Of a stretch of DNA of 64,000 nt, positions 33,009 through 46,200 are shown one piece after another. Source of the stretch: Marsupella aquatica. Its lineage: Eukaryota; Plantae; Marchantiophyta. The DNA lies in assembly GCA_973895155.1 (NCBI GenBank), contig OZ316891.1:10355875-10419874 (forward strand), given 5' to 3'. Below the pieces are notes generated by a model, which saw only the letters and a program-made list of their open reading frames with translations, was not told the DNA's origin and did not search any database. The translations under genes were made by a program, and so were the position numbers. Positions within the stretch are counted from its first letter, which is position 1. Each line of letters begins with the position of its first letter.

Positions 33009-36000
33009 CTACCTAGAGTCATTCCCTGCTCTGCTAAAGACCTTGCTGATTCTTTTTGGAAAAAATGCTAAATTGTAAGCATATCTAATCGAAGTGTGTT
33101 TGGGAAAAATAAAAGCCAAGAACTTGATTGAGAACAAACTAAACACGAAGAGACATAAAGCCGTTCCTATAAGAGTAGATCCTATTGTTAATTTTAAACC
33201 AACCTCTAGAGTGATGTCAGCACTCGTCTCCAAGATTGAACTGCAGATAAAAGCTACAAATATAAAAAATATGGATGGAAGTAAGATTCCAACTGCCAAT
33301 ATGACCATTTCCCTGGTTCGTTGTAGCTCTTGAAGCATTGCTTGTTGTGGCATCGGTAGGAATGGTATCAAGGAGAGGACGACTGCAGCAATTGCAAAAT
33401 AAAATGATAATTTGTCACAAACAATGAATGTACTCACCCAACCATTTGCAAATTGAATGTGATTTGCATCATAGTCCAAAGATGGTCCTGCATAGGAGGT
33501 TGTCCCTACTAATGTGGCGGTGAGGGTGATTGCATTTGCTAAATATTTCAAATTGTTTTGGGCAGCAGTAAACTCCTTCTCTTGTTTCTCATACCACCAT
33601 GATAGGAATTTTTCGTCGTGCAAGCTACCTGTAGGATATGGAACTTGTTTTCTTTTGTTGGTTTTGAAGGCATCGCACCCAGCTTGCAACAGTAGATTGA
33701 TACATCCCTGTCTTTCGGCAATCCGGTTGGCATCCAAAATTTCATCCTTGGCCATCCAAGGCACTCTGTTGTGCATTGAGAGTGAATAATGCTCAGCATT
33801 CACGTAATACAACAGATGTGTCCCTAGCTCAAATTCTCTCACTTTCATTGCATGGTGAAGTGCAGAGTTCCCCTCAACATCTTCAAGATATGGACCGCAC
33901 TGAGGGTCATCTATAAGAAATTTGACCAAGTCATAACTCCCTGACGAAGCAGCAAGATGAAGGGGGTGCCATTGATGTTTGAGTGCAGTTGATGTGCCCT
34001 CTGTGGTTGTCTTTTCTTTTCTGTTGTAATGTCTTGGTGTTGCTAAGTCACCCTGGAACATTCAAAATACAACGATGCATCCGTTTAAAACACGAAGGTA
34101 ACATGGAGTACATATTGCATGCTTAATAGATATCATGAAAATTTCTTTTTCAGTGTCTCCAGAAAATTATATTCGAGAAGGATACTCTTCCCATAGAACT
34201 TAGCAAAAGAGAACTTGAGAAATATGCTTAACCTGAATAAAAAACAATCTAATACAAAGAAAGTGTTCACATCCTTAAAACCTCTCTATTGTAGTATTAG
34301 AGTGGGTTCATTTGAACCTCAAGATGAGTCTAGTACATTAAATTGTGATGATTAATATATATCATGCATGACATTATGACATCTTTGATTTATTGACTTG
34401 GAGCCTATGCATAAACAGAACATGCTTTACTTACTCTTGAAGGTTCCCCTTATAATCTTTAGCATGGAATGCAAGCTTAGAATCACATGCCAGACTGGTG
34501 CAATTATATTTTCACAAGATCAGCAACCAAGACTTCTGAATTCTGATTATGGGCAAATTTATGACAAATAATTTGTGCTGCTGAAATTGGCTCATCATGT
34601 GACCAAAGGACCCTAATGGACTGCGTTCTTAAACTGCCACAATCCCCAAACCTGCCGGGAATACAAAATAGTACACTATTCTACAATCCCCAAACCTGTG
34701 GGGAATACAGAATAGTACACTACTCTACAGTGTTAAGAACATTATTGACTAATTATGGTAACCCTGATCCAAAAATCATCTTCACTTATTTTAACATCCA
34801 AAAGTGCAAAAATTCCAAAATATAAAACAAAGGTACTGTCTGAGTTTTAGGAATATTTAAAGATGGTTCGTCTAGGTTGAAGAACCACCCTTAGGTTCTT
34901 GGTCAATCCTGGTGGTCTTACTAACCGAGCATTTTAGCTTTATATCTCACAGTGATGGAAATGATGTAAAGTAATACTCAGTAGTACATTTCTATATTTT
35001 GTATAGACATTATTGAAGAATTCCAAATTTGCACAAACCTTGAGTTTCTCTATGAATGTGACAGGTGCTCCCACAAGACATGCAAGTTCCAGTAAATCCC
35101 ACTCGATCCACTCCTTAACATCTGTGATGGCGAGAACATGTGAAACCAATGTTACCGGATTGCGTTGTCGATACAGTGCTTCATCGCTGGATAGGTATTT
35201 TTCTTCGACCAACTGTAGTTCACGCCCCCGTTCGAGCAGAAGCTGCGCGCAGGAGAAATTTTTATTGAAGAGTGCTGCATGGAGGGGAGTCTCAGGGAGT
35301 GGGAATTTTAGCGAGAAGTTGAGTTGCCAAGACGATCCCCAGTCTTCTATATTAAACTTATGAGTAATCTGGCATGTCCTTGCAACCTCATGATAATCAG
35401 CAGCAAAGCCAAGAATTATAGAAAGTGAATCATAGTGACCCAATATAGCAGCCCTCTGGAGAGGACTCCGTCCAGCTCCGTCTTGTGCGGTCAATGCAAC
35501 AATGATAGCCTCCGTGTCCGTGGTCTTCCCAGTCAATAACGTGATGATATTGGTTTCGTTGGAGTACTCCATAGCAATATGGAAAGGTGCTCGTCCCTGT
35601 CCATCTGTGAGTGTCAACAGGAAACTCCCAAGATCCTGGTCTCCTTGCCGCGACCTGACCGCCGCCCACAAGGTGTCTATCATGCCACTTTCAACGACCG
35701 TGGACCCAGATTTCTTAGTGCACAAGAAGTGGAATAGGTATTCCTCCGGAGGGAGGAAGCTGAAATCCCTGTGTTTGAAGTAGTCCGTGAAGACTGAATG
35801 GCCTCCCACTTTATCTAGCAAAAATGTGGTGGATGCATTGCGGACTCCAGGTACTCATCCAATGCCCTTCTGTGCATGGTAGATGGCGGCGGCCGAAATA
35901 CTGCATCATCTGAATCCACTGACCGATTGACATACTCTTGATCTATGAAAGCCGTCACTGCCTCCACCGTTACTTGTCTTAGCAGCTTCTTTTTCTCCAG

Positions 36001-36831
36001 GTTTCCTATCGCATCAAACATTGAGCTCGCACTCCGTGCGTCTATAGATATTTTATCATAATGAGTGTGGTCTTCAAGTTCTCCTGCGCAGTATCGGAGG
36101 AGATAAATAATTTCCTTCTTGCCTTGGAGAACTGCAATTGCTAGTGCATCCAACCCACTTTCCCCATCCTTGGCAAGTAGCAGATGTCTACGATCAGTTG
36201 TAGAGACATCATTACGAGAGATTGTGTTTGGATTGCCATACTTCTTCCTCACATGTTGCCGTCCCACACGAGAGTTCCCCTTTCTCATGCCATTTGCCAT
36301 TGAACAGAAAACATTGGTCACCAGAGTCTTCTGGAGTTTTCCAAGTGGACCTTTGGACGCTGAGCCACTTGTCTCTGCTGCTTGTGCACGCTCATCACCT
36401 TTCTGTGGGTCATTTTCTTGGACAGCATTGTCAGGCGGAAAGTCACTGCTGCTTGAACTTTCGCTCGCAGCTACCTCCTGTTCACCTGTTGGCGTTTGAT
36501 CAAGGAAACTCCACCTCTCGTATGCTTCATTAACGATGGAGAAGCAATGCAGATTACAAAGTCTTAGCACTTGCATGATCAGCTTCACGCATCCCCTACT
36601 TGCGCCCACGTGAAGCGCAGTGCGCCCCTTCCATAAGCTTTGAGTCCATCCAGTCGCCTCTCTTCGCTTCCGCCCTGCAACTTGTTGTGAAGGTTTGCTG
36701 TCCCATCCGACCTTCAAAAGACTCGGATAAACAGCCAACAGTTCCATGACAACAATGCAATCTTCCTCGAAAAGTGCCTGGTACCATTGGGATTTAACCT
36801 TCGCAGGAATTATATCTTCAGTTGCTGCCAT
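33009..36831 (-). CDS. Ankyrin-repeat + PGG-domain transmembrane protein (ACD6/ITN1-like), with an apparent frameshift at ~35820
   Basis: Ankyrin motifs GRTALHVGASRG, GRAPFHIAM, GRSPLQRAAILG, ETPLHAAL, HPLHLAASSG and EGNSALHHA. The C-terminus has TATLVGTTSYAG plus ~4 hydrophobic helices. Intron 34053-35038 is phase 0. ORFs 35815-36831 and 34940-35821 join if the T5 run (A at 35820-35824 on +) is T6. Confidence 0.85.
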
Positions 36832-39800
36832 GCCCGCGAGATGCTACGGGGATGATTTTAGGGTGCTCGCAGATCCGATGATAAGGTAGTCCTAGCTTAA
36901 TTCACTGTACAGCACTACAACGGGTAGTCAGATCATCAGGCGAAGCATTGGCAGAGTTGATACAGGAGGTGCAACAACGTGGGTTGATGATGACTTGATC
37001 GACAGCTGCAACTTGGGCATTGGAAAATTAATGGCACACAACTCAAATATATGACTGCGCAATGGAATAGACGGAGGTGGAGACAAAGGAGCTGTCAGTC
37101 CACAGCTCAGGGGAATTCATTAGATACATATATGATGACACATCTGCTTCTTGGCTTCAACGGCATTTTTCGGGCAGCCAGTTGCTACACACAAGGAAAC
37201 AGTTCCACAGGAAGGGATAACTGAGAAACACTTGGAACTGGAAAGAATGGAAGGATGCAAATCAGAGCGCACAAGGTGTAAATTGTAAGCAAGCACTAAA
37301 TCCTCCACAAAAAGCATGAGTGTAAGTATGTGGTTAGGAGTAAGGGATCAAACCTGTCATGCGGAGGATTTCTATCAGGGAATCTTGTCGATTATTGTCA
37401 CTGTTGGAGTATAGAAGTACAATGGAATTCTAGTAATGATTCAGGGTAAAATACAATGAGTGAGTAGTCAATGGAGGAGACGATGGGCACCCCATTATGG
37501 GAGGATAGGATGATTGAGAAGCAACAACAATTAGCAGACAACAGCGACAAGCGCGCGTTAAGCGGACAGTTATTAAATGTCACCAAGCAAGAGAAGAGAA
37601 GGGGATCGAGCTCTGAGCTTGACATTGCAAATGTTAATTGGAAACATCTCTCGTCGATGGCTTATTTAATCATTGATGGTGCCGAGTGACAGCTTTGAGT
37701 CATTGAGTCCAACTTTACAAATTTAAGCAGTAGAAGGTCCTGAACATCACTAAACCAAGTCACAGGTGAAGGCCGCTAAACTAAGGTTTGAATTTCCCAA
37801 TGCTCAAAATTCACGCACTCAGTTTATTCTTACTGGCTGGAGAGCATTAGGAGGTGAATTGCAAATTTACAAATGAGAGAGCAAGGCAGGAGATAGGGAG
37901 GGGACACAATCATCCAAGTCAGGAGGGCAGAAGGTTCAGCACCGGCGGAGAAAAATCAAAGTCAGTCAGACAGTTGAAGTTTGATATCAAATATAAACGA
38001 GGGAAGGACCATCCATGACCATTTTAGAAGTCGAGAGTGAGTATGTAAGTTTGCCTCTGCTTGCCTAGGGTATACTTGCAACTTCTGAAAGAGCTGTAGC
38101 AGCATTATTACGGTAGGTCTAGAATTGCGAATCCTCAGAACTCTAATAAACTGGGTGTAATCCAGCTAGACATTGTCTAAATAATCTATCTTGCTACGGT
38201 CTCCGGAGCTAGCTCTTCTCGTCTCCTTGATTCTCCCTAAAACCCGGACAGCCGCAGCCCGCGCGGACTGTGGGTTTAGGACGTCGTTATCAACATGCTA
38301 GAGACGGATTTCAACCGCAGTGACACTACAGCCTTAATTTAACGACATACAAATTTAATCGAGCAGGCACCACTATGTTGCCCACCTAAAAGTGGAAACT
38401 CTGAGTGACATGCATCTCAGAACAATTAATTCACAGTGTAGAAGCTAGTACGAGGTCTGGTTTTCAGCTTCACTTAAAGGAGCTGGCAAATCTGCCACTG
38501 AAGAACTCAGATTCAAGTGAGCAGCATTAGGTTCAGTGCTTTCAGATTCATGAGATGACTAAGTGTGATTGAGTACCGCGACAAAAACTCTTGCACGAAA
38601 AGATAGAATGAGAAAATGTGTAGGACGTACTTTCGTTCAAGAGTGAGTGCAAGTATTGTGTGAATCACATCAGTTTTCCCCGCAAAAAATGGAAGGAATA
38701 ACGTAAAAAGCGCAGGGTAAACACTAGTCGGGACGCGCCTAAGAGCAGCGTAGAACAAAACAGGAGTCACTGACTAAAGAACATAAGGTGGAAAAGAGAG
38801 GACACGACACTAAGGGTCCTGCTTTACTTCTGACTCATGGCATGTACTTATCATTGTATCTACAGTAGATGTTTAAGCCGACCGTGAAAGACTAATCTCA
38901 GTCCAGACAATTCATTTTCGTGACAACAAGACCGCGCACATGAAATCAAGAATCGAATTTTGTTTCTGAAATGATACATTAGGACTAAACAGACGGGTTA
39001 AGATAAATGTGAGTGCACAACTAATTGCCTTCACGGTTTGATCAATTTGATGATTGCGTTAAACCCAAGCAACCTCGATGTTAATCTATGAAATTGAATC
39101 GAATTGTCAGGAGAGAAACTTAAATCTATGTCTCCACTCTAGAAGAAACGACTATTGCATCAGCCGATAGATAACACGACTTACAAAGTAATGCCTTGAA
39201 TGTTTTATTTTGAACATCATACCTTGTCTGCCATACGATTCACTTTAACAGCCTTCAGAGTGTTGGTGACATTCCACTGGTTCAGTGCGGCACCGATAGG
39301 ACACAACACGGGCTTCACAATAGAGCACCTTCGATCTCTGCGAAACCCTTCGCCAAGTGGCTCGACAAAACAGACGTCCCTGATTTCTGACTTCAACACG
39401 GGACACGTTGTGTTCTCATCAATTTACTCAGTTCATGCGACCACCACGTTGAAATCCAGGTGCTGTGCATGACCTCAATCGCAACGGGGAACGTGGTGAA
39501 ATCTTTCCTCAGTCTGGGGCACGGCCGGCAGTTCACCAATGCTTGAGTTGCACAAAGCAGTCTTCCCTCGAAGGATACCTGGAAGTTCCTCAAAAGTATT
39601 AAATGTGGTACGGCTTGGGACCATCCGTTCAAGTGTGGTTGAAATCTGTTCAACAGCCCAGGGACTTGGATCACACTTGTTTTCACTAGTTAGATCGAGT
39701 AAGAAAAACCACTACAAATAAACAAGAAATCCCTGCTACTACAGAAACATACGAGTCGAAACTATTCCGTTACCGTGTTGCAAAGTTGAAAATTTGGAAG

Positions 39801-40049
39801 CTCAATCGTTTCAATTTCGTGTGACTGTTCAGTACAGGCTCAATTATTTTAGCGCTGTCAACTTCTACTGTGACTTTTCATTTTAGGCGGTCATTGCTCC
39901 CTTGACAGTTTTACGTGAGTGCAACTGAAGCTCAGAGGAATACGCCACACGCAAGATAACGTATACTGCGGTGCATTTGGTCCCCACTTCCACCAATCCA
40001 GGTTGCTGCACGGGGAAGCGCCTAAGCTGTGCAGCTGATTAGGAGAGGC

Positions 40050-42100
40050 ATGGACACTCCACTTCTCTGGTCATCCTAGGCTTCTTGGTGCCACTTTATC
40101 CTTTTCCTGTAAACTATCCAATTAATTCTTTGAAAGGTTCACCAAACTGCTCCTGGAGTCTGAAGGTCGTCCATGCTGCTTCTCTCTTTTCACTGACTCC
40201 CTGGAGTCTGAAGGTCGTCCACCTGTTCCGTCTTCTACCTCAGTGTCTCTCAACCTCCCCCCTTTCACGTCCCCTCTCTGCCGTGTATGTATCTTGCGAA
40301 CCAACAGGCCCAAAGCCAGATTCTGACGATTGTTCTTTTCTGTCTGTCTTCTCCGCTGGTGAAGGATGCTGAGATCTAGATAACGCCCAAATGATGTTCT
40401 TGGAGGACAAGACCCTCCCTTTGACATGTTTTTGCTAGATACGTTCCTGGCTTCGAGACCCTCCTCCTTCTCGGGCTGGACATTTGAAGTGGATCTGGGC
40501 AAATCAATTAGTCTACCTTCGCTGGACAGGGTGTTGGAGAGTTCTTACTCGTCTTCTGAGCCGATTTGATGCTCCCCATGCCAGGGCTTGTACAGTTTTA
40601 AATATCTCGTTGGGAGAGGAATTGTTGCTCTGGAAAACGGTTCTCCTCCTCCAATTGAGGAAACGAGCCCCAGAGCTATCAGTCTTTGCATTTCTCTGTG
40701 CGAATTGTCCCTCAGTGTCTCCACATGTTGGGCTAAATCTTCCAGGTAAAACGGCTTTCCAGGAATTCATCTTTTTTGATATCGATGACCACTGGACACT
40801 ATAAGTCTTGGTTCATTTATTAGCTTCAATTCGATCCCCAAAAAGTGATGGGAATGTCTTAAGCCTTCAGAATTTCGCCATTCAAGGCTCATCGAATCGA
40901 ACTGAGGCGTTGAATCAGACGATAGTTCCACGAATGCTTGATAATTCAAAAGAGAATCAGCATGGCTGGATCGACGTTGGTCGGCACACCAGTACTCCAT
41001 CACAAATCAGCCTAATAAGCAACATTTGTCGTGTGGTTGCAAAGGAATTGTGAGACATGAATGGGCTACTGATTGCATCGTTGATACCTGCACCCACAGT
41101 CGGGTGAGGGGCCGGGGTCTATATAGTCAGACCCCCGAGTGCATCCCAAGAGCCCACAAATTCTAATAGGTCCAAATCAGGCACCTCCGTAGTCATGAAT
41201 CCAGACACTGTTAGTACTTCTTGGACTCGATAGCCGTGAACCAGGAATCCTTGTCCCTGGGAAATTGCCACTGTAAATCCACTGCCAACTTGGCAGCCCA
41301 CCCCACCCATTTATACTCGGTGGATTTGGCTCTCACCATTGGGTCTGAATACTCCGCCCCTTCAGACCAATTTCTGATTCACCGGCTCGGCTTGCTTCTT
41401 CACCAATTGAACCGATCTAGCTTGTCCTCTTGTCCGCTTCATGGCCGGTGCGGCTGGTGCAGTTGAGGCTTCCTTCCGCTTCATGGCTACTGTCGTCGAT
41501 GGCTCCCCAAGCAGCTCTGCTTTTGTCCAAGGCTCAGTCTTACCTGACAAGTCCCAATGCTCGTCGTTACACCAATAGATAGCTTCTCAAATACTGCATA
41601 CCCGGTCCTTACACCCGGTCCTTACAGATCAACAATTGGTCAAGATCATTACTTGATGGTATCCAAAGGAATTGTTCCTTAATCAGCTCACCTTCGACGT
41701 ATGTTGCTCGGCAAAGCTTCCACAATCAAGCAAGCTCTTCCCGCTCCTTCGCTGCTTGTTATGGCTCCACTTCATTGTAAGTCTCAATGAACTCATGAGC
41801 CCGGCCTCCTGAACAGGGATCCCCGGATTTGCGCTGCTTGGTTTGCGAAGCTCATCCGAACTGAACTCCACCACATCGAGTAACATTAATCCCTGAACAA
41901 ACGACCCTCCTCTAGCTACTGACAGTTGACTTTGCACTCTCCACTCTTGAGAATTGATAAACAATGTTGGCTGCAAAGAATGAGCCAAGGGGAAACCTGC
42001 AGGACTGTACCTTACCCCTCCCCGACTGCTTCGATCATGAAGCCGCTGATTGATAATCCCATTAGGATGTACTTCGAGTGTACTTATGCTCCCAACCCAT
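40050..42100 (-). mobile_element. Degenerate coding-like remnants, possibly a retroelement accessory ORF
   Basis: Fragmented low-complexity ORFs with stops and short duplications (~40150/40198 and ~41600/41613). No RT, integrase or gag motif was recognised. Confidence 0.25.
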
Positions 42101-43269
42101 AACTCTAAACCTGCTTACTATCGACCCTTGGACGCCCCTAGTCCCGGCACATAAACATGGTTACATGACCCTTAAATTACACGTGCCACTATAAAAGCCT
42201 CATTCCATGACTAGCACGATTTGTGGAGTATTTGCCCAAAAAAGGTTTTGCAATAAGCACCTTTTGTGGAGTTCAAAGTCCATTTTTGAACTTGGACTCC
42301 TTAGAATGAGAGCTATGGGTTACCCGTATCTCTTTATAGGGGCAGGTGTGATTTAAATGTTTCACTTTAATTTCTACCGCTAAGATCGATGTGTGGGTCT
42401 AAGTGTATCTTATCCCGACTAATCAAGAGTTAACTACAGTAATTAACCCTAGCCAAACTAACTAGGGTTATGAACTAGAGCTAAAAAAATTCTAACCAGA
42501 TTGAGTCAAATATTAAGGAGATCATTAGTTTCTAAATTTTCTAGCTTTCCAATGAGCCTTGACATTGCCAAGCACTCATCGAGGATCTAGGGCATACAAT
42601 ATTGCCCTGGGTTTTTCTGTGGTTTTCCGCCCGTTGTGTGTTTTTTCCAACCACCCGTACCATATCGATCCATACAGAAATCCTAAATTTGAATTCATGA
42701 CGCTCATAAAGCAAAGTTTTTCATGCGCGAGCCCTCTGGAAATAAATAAAAAATTGCACTGACGTGACAGAGTGAAAAAATAATGTTACTAGCTTCATCC
42801 TTGGTGGCAAGAAAAACATTACTGTTTCAAAGCCACCAGAAAATTTGTATTCCATAGATATTGTAAATTTTCATCTCAAATGAAATAAAAGGATTTAATT
42901 ACGGACCCCCATGAGAGGTCTCTTGCAAATTCCCTGCCACGAGGTTGCGCCACATCACCACAACCAGCCACAAATAGGAATGATCCTACTTTTAACAATA
43001 ACAAACGTGCACATTCCTGTTTGTGGCAAAAGCAACATAATTTTTGGGGCGCCATGCCATAAATATTGAATGTAAAAAAAACCAAAATACAAAGGGAGAT
43101 ATGTCATTTAATAAAATAAGTTACCATTTGATGTTTGTCAAAGATACATCAGTGTTTTATATCAAAATGCTTGTATTTTTTAATTGTTTGCAAGCTTGAA
43201 AAAACCAACCAATAGAAATATACATAGTTAAAATCCCTTTGGCTTCACATTGTAAAACTAAATATTCCA

Positions 43270-46200
43270 TCTGCTTAGTACTTGATAAAATATGTCAATG
43301 TTTGATTCATTGGAAAACTCAAGATCAAGATTTAGAAACTCGTGACCTCTTTAGTATTGTCTTGATAAAATCTCTCAATGGCACACTCATTGGAAAGCTA
43401 AAGTAAAATTAGAAACTCATCATCTCCTTAGTACTTGAAAAAATCTATCAATGTTAGGTTCATTGGAAAGCTAGAGAAATTCAGATACTCATGATCTCTC
43501 TAATTCTTGACGAATAATCTAAGTGTCACACATTAGAAAGCTAGAGAGATTGAAAACCTCATGATCTCTTTAGTATCGTGACAAAATCTGTCGTAAATTG
43601 TCAATGTCGGACTCAATGTTGGAAAGCTAAAAGAATTCATGGACTCATGATGAATATTTCTTATACTCACACTCATTGGAAAGGCAAAGAAATTCTTATA
43701 CTCACATTCATTGGAAACCCATTCTCGATTAAGAGATATCACAATCTCATCACCGTCACTAACTTAGCCGTTGAAAATTGATTTATTTGATTACATCGCC
43801 ATCCCTTGTCCACAATGCTTGCTTCCCGGCTTGAATTGTTTGCATTCCTCTAGTCTTCAACTGAAGCTCACTCTGAACGCAGGTTGACGCCAAATGCAGC
43901 CTCTATGTCAAAGAAACAATCGTTGGTCTCCCTCTCACACCATAACTTTCTTAAATAAAAAAACTACAAATCCTTCATGTGAAGCGATGACTCGTTTGTT
44001 TTGTGTGTAAGACCCACCAAATCGACAAGCGTTCTTTTGCCAATAGCTAAGTGTTGTCCTCCACTTTGTCTTGTGGCGGTAATGCTCAATGTAACTCACA
44101 AACGATCAATCATGAATGATAGAAACACTATTTCTCCAATGTGTAAGCAAACACTATCAAAAAACTCAATTCCTCCATATTCACCTTCCGTTGATAAATC
44201 CCCTCTATCTTTTGAGCGTTTTCTTTTGTACGAGCACACACCAAGACCATCGGAAGACTCAAAACCGTCAATTATCGCCTTGTTGAAAATTGATTTCACT
44301 TCATCAAACACACATTCCTTGGATGAACATGGGGGTCCACGGATTAATTTGAATGTACATGTACACATGGGAGAAATTTTATGAAGATCTACATATTTAT
44401 ATTTGTTGAAATCTATTTTTTTCATTGTCCATTATGTGTGTGTGTGTTTTTCGTTGGGCTGCTTGTTTTCGTTACGCAACAAATACGTCGCTGCGTGTAA
44501 AGTTTGTCCCCAATATGTTTACACACAACAATGTGTTTTTGACGTGTTAGCATTGCTAGGTTTATTTTCAATATTTCGCTTCGCGTTTGTTTTGCCTATG
44601 TTTGCTGCTGCGAGTTTTTTTCCGCATGCTGTGTTGCGTGTTTTTTTACATGGTTCTGTGGTTGATGTTTTTTACACATTATGTGTTGCTGTTTTAAGCA
44701 TGCTTCTTCTTAATGCATGTTTTTTTGCTTGCTGCGTTAATTAATTGTTTTTCCTCTGCTCATCACCAGTTTTTTCTCTGGGGCCGTGTTTTTTTCTTTT
44801 TTTCCTCTGCTCATTGCTACTTTTTTTGCCTTTGCTCCTTGCTCATTGAACAATATATTCAATGTTTACATTACATAGTTCAATGCAAATTCCTTACAGA
44901 GATGTATTGGCGGGCCATTGAAGTGGCCGGTGTAACATCATGGGTGCTTTACATTCATGTTGTAAGGCCTGTGGCCAGAAGTTTATACTTTTACACCCGG
45001 TGTAAACTGTCAAAAGGCCATGTAAGTTAGTATATATGGCCTCAACTTTTAAGCCAGGTCATGATTACTTATTTGGTCACTGGATTACCCTGTCTCTTGC
45101 CCGGTTTGATTATGGAATTACCCTATCTCTTTGTCTCCTCCCCGGTTTCATTACGGGATTACCATATCTCTTGCATGGTTTGATTATTGGATAACCATGT
45201 GCCTTGCCCGATTTGATTTTTGTATGCCCCTGTCTCGTACGGGATTTCATAACTGGATTTCCCCCTGTCGCTTCTGGGCTTTCTGAGGGGCTTTCCAATA
45301 ATCAAGTAATATACTAGTAAGGTTAATCTTAGAAAATTGTTCCCTCCACATGGATACCAAGCAAAAGTCGGAGTAATCCAATAATCAAGTAATGTACTAG
45401 TAAGGTTAATCTTAGGAAATTGTGCAAAACCCGGGGTAATACAATTATAATCAAGTAATGTTAGTAAGTACTAGTAAGGTTAATCTTGGGAAATTGTGCC
45501 CTACACATGGATACCAAGGGAAACCTGAAGTAATCCAATAATCAAGCAATGTACTAGTAAGGTTAATCTTGCGAGATTGTAAGGTCAGGCTAGTCTAATG
45601 TGAAAGTGATGTACGAGAAAGGTTCATCTTACTAAATTGTGCCATACAGTGCATGGAAGTGATATATCGAAGTGATTCCGTTGTATGGTTAAATACTCCC
45701 TGCAAAAGTCCAGGTAATCCAATACTCACGCAATACCTCATGAGTGGGCTGTAAAATGTTTGGGGTTTACATACATGGACACAAGACAGTTGTAACCCGA
45801 TGACATGATGTAATCATGAAGGTATAGGTAAAGAAGCAACAGTGTTACACGGTCTGCTTGTGCCTGTAAACACCTCATACACTACTTTTGATGTACACCT
45901 TCCATTTGGATTATTTTCATTCGCCCTTCTTAGTTTCACATTTCTTGGGGCACTCCGTACTTGTTTCGGGATTTCTCTCCGCCATACACGTTTTGCTTCT
46001 TCTTTTTCGCAATTCATTTTGTGCTTTTTTTTGGGCAACTCATTTCGTGTTTTTTTTGGCTCACCCTCCTCTCATTTTTTTTAGCTCAGCTAGGCCACAC
46101 TCCTGTTCTTTAATACGTCTAGTGATTTTAGTCTTTTCTGTGGCTTTGTGGGTGTGTAGTTTTTGGGGGAGTATCTTTGTGTGTGTGTGTGTGTGTGTGT

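Noticed and set aside
39200-39721. Coding-like minus-strand frame with several stops
   Set aside because: No family recognised; cannot be distinguished from noise without a search.
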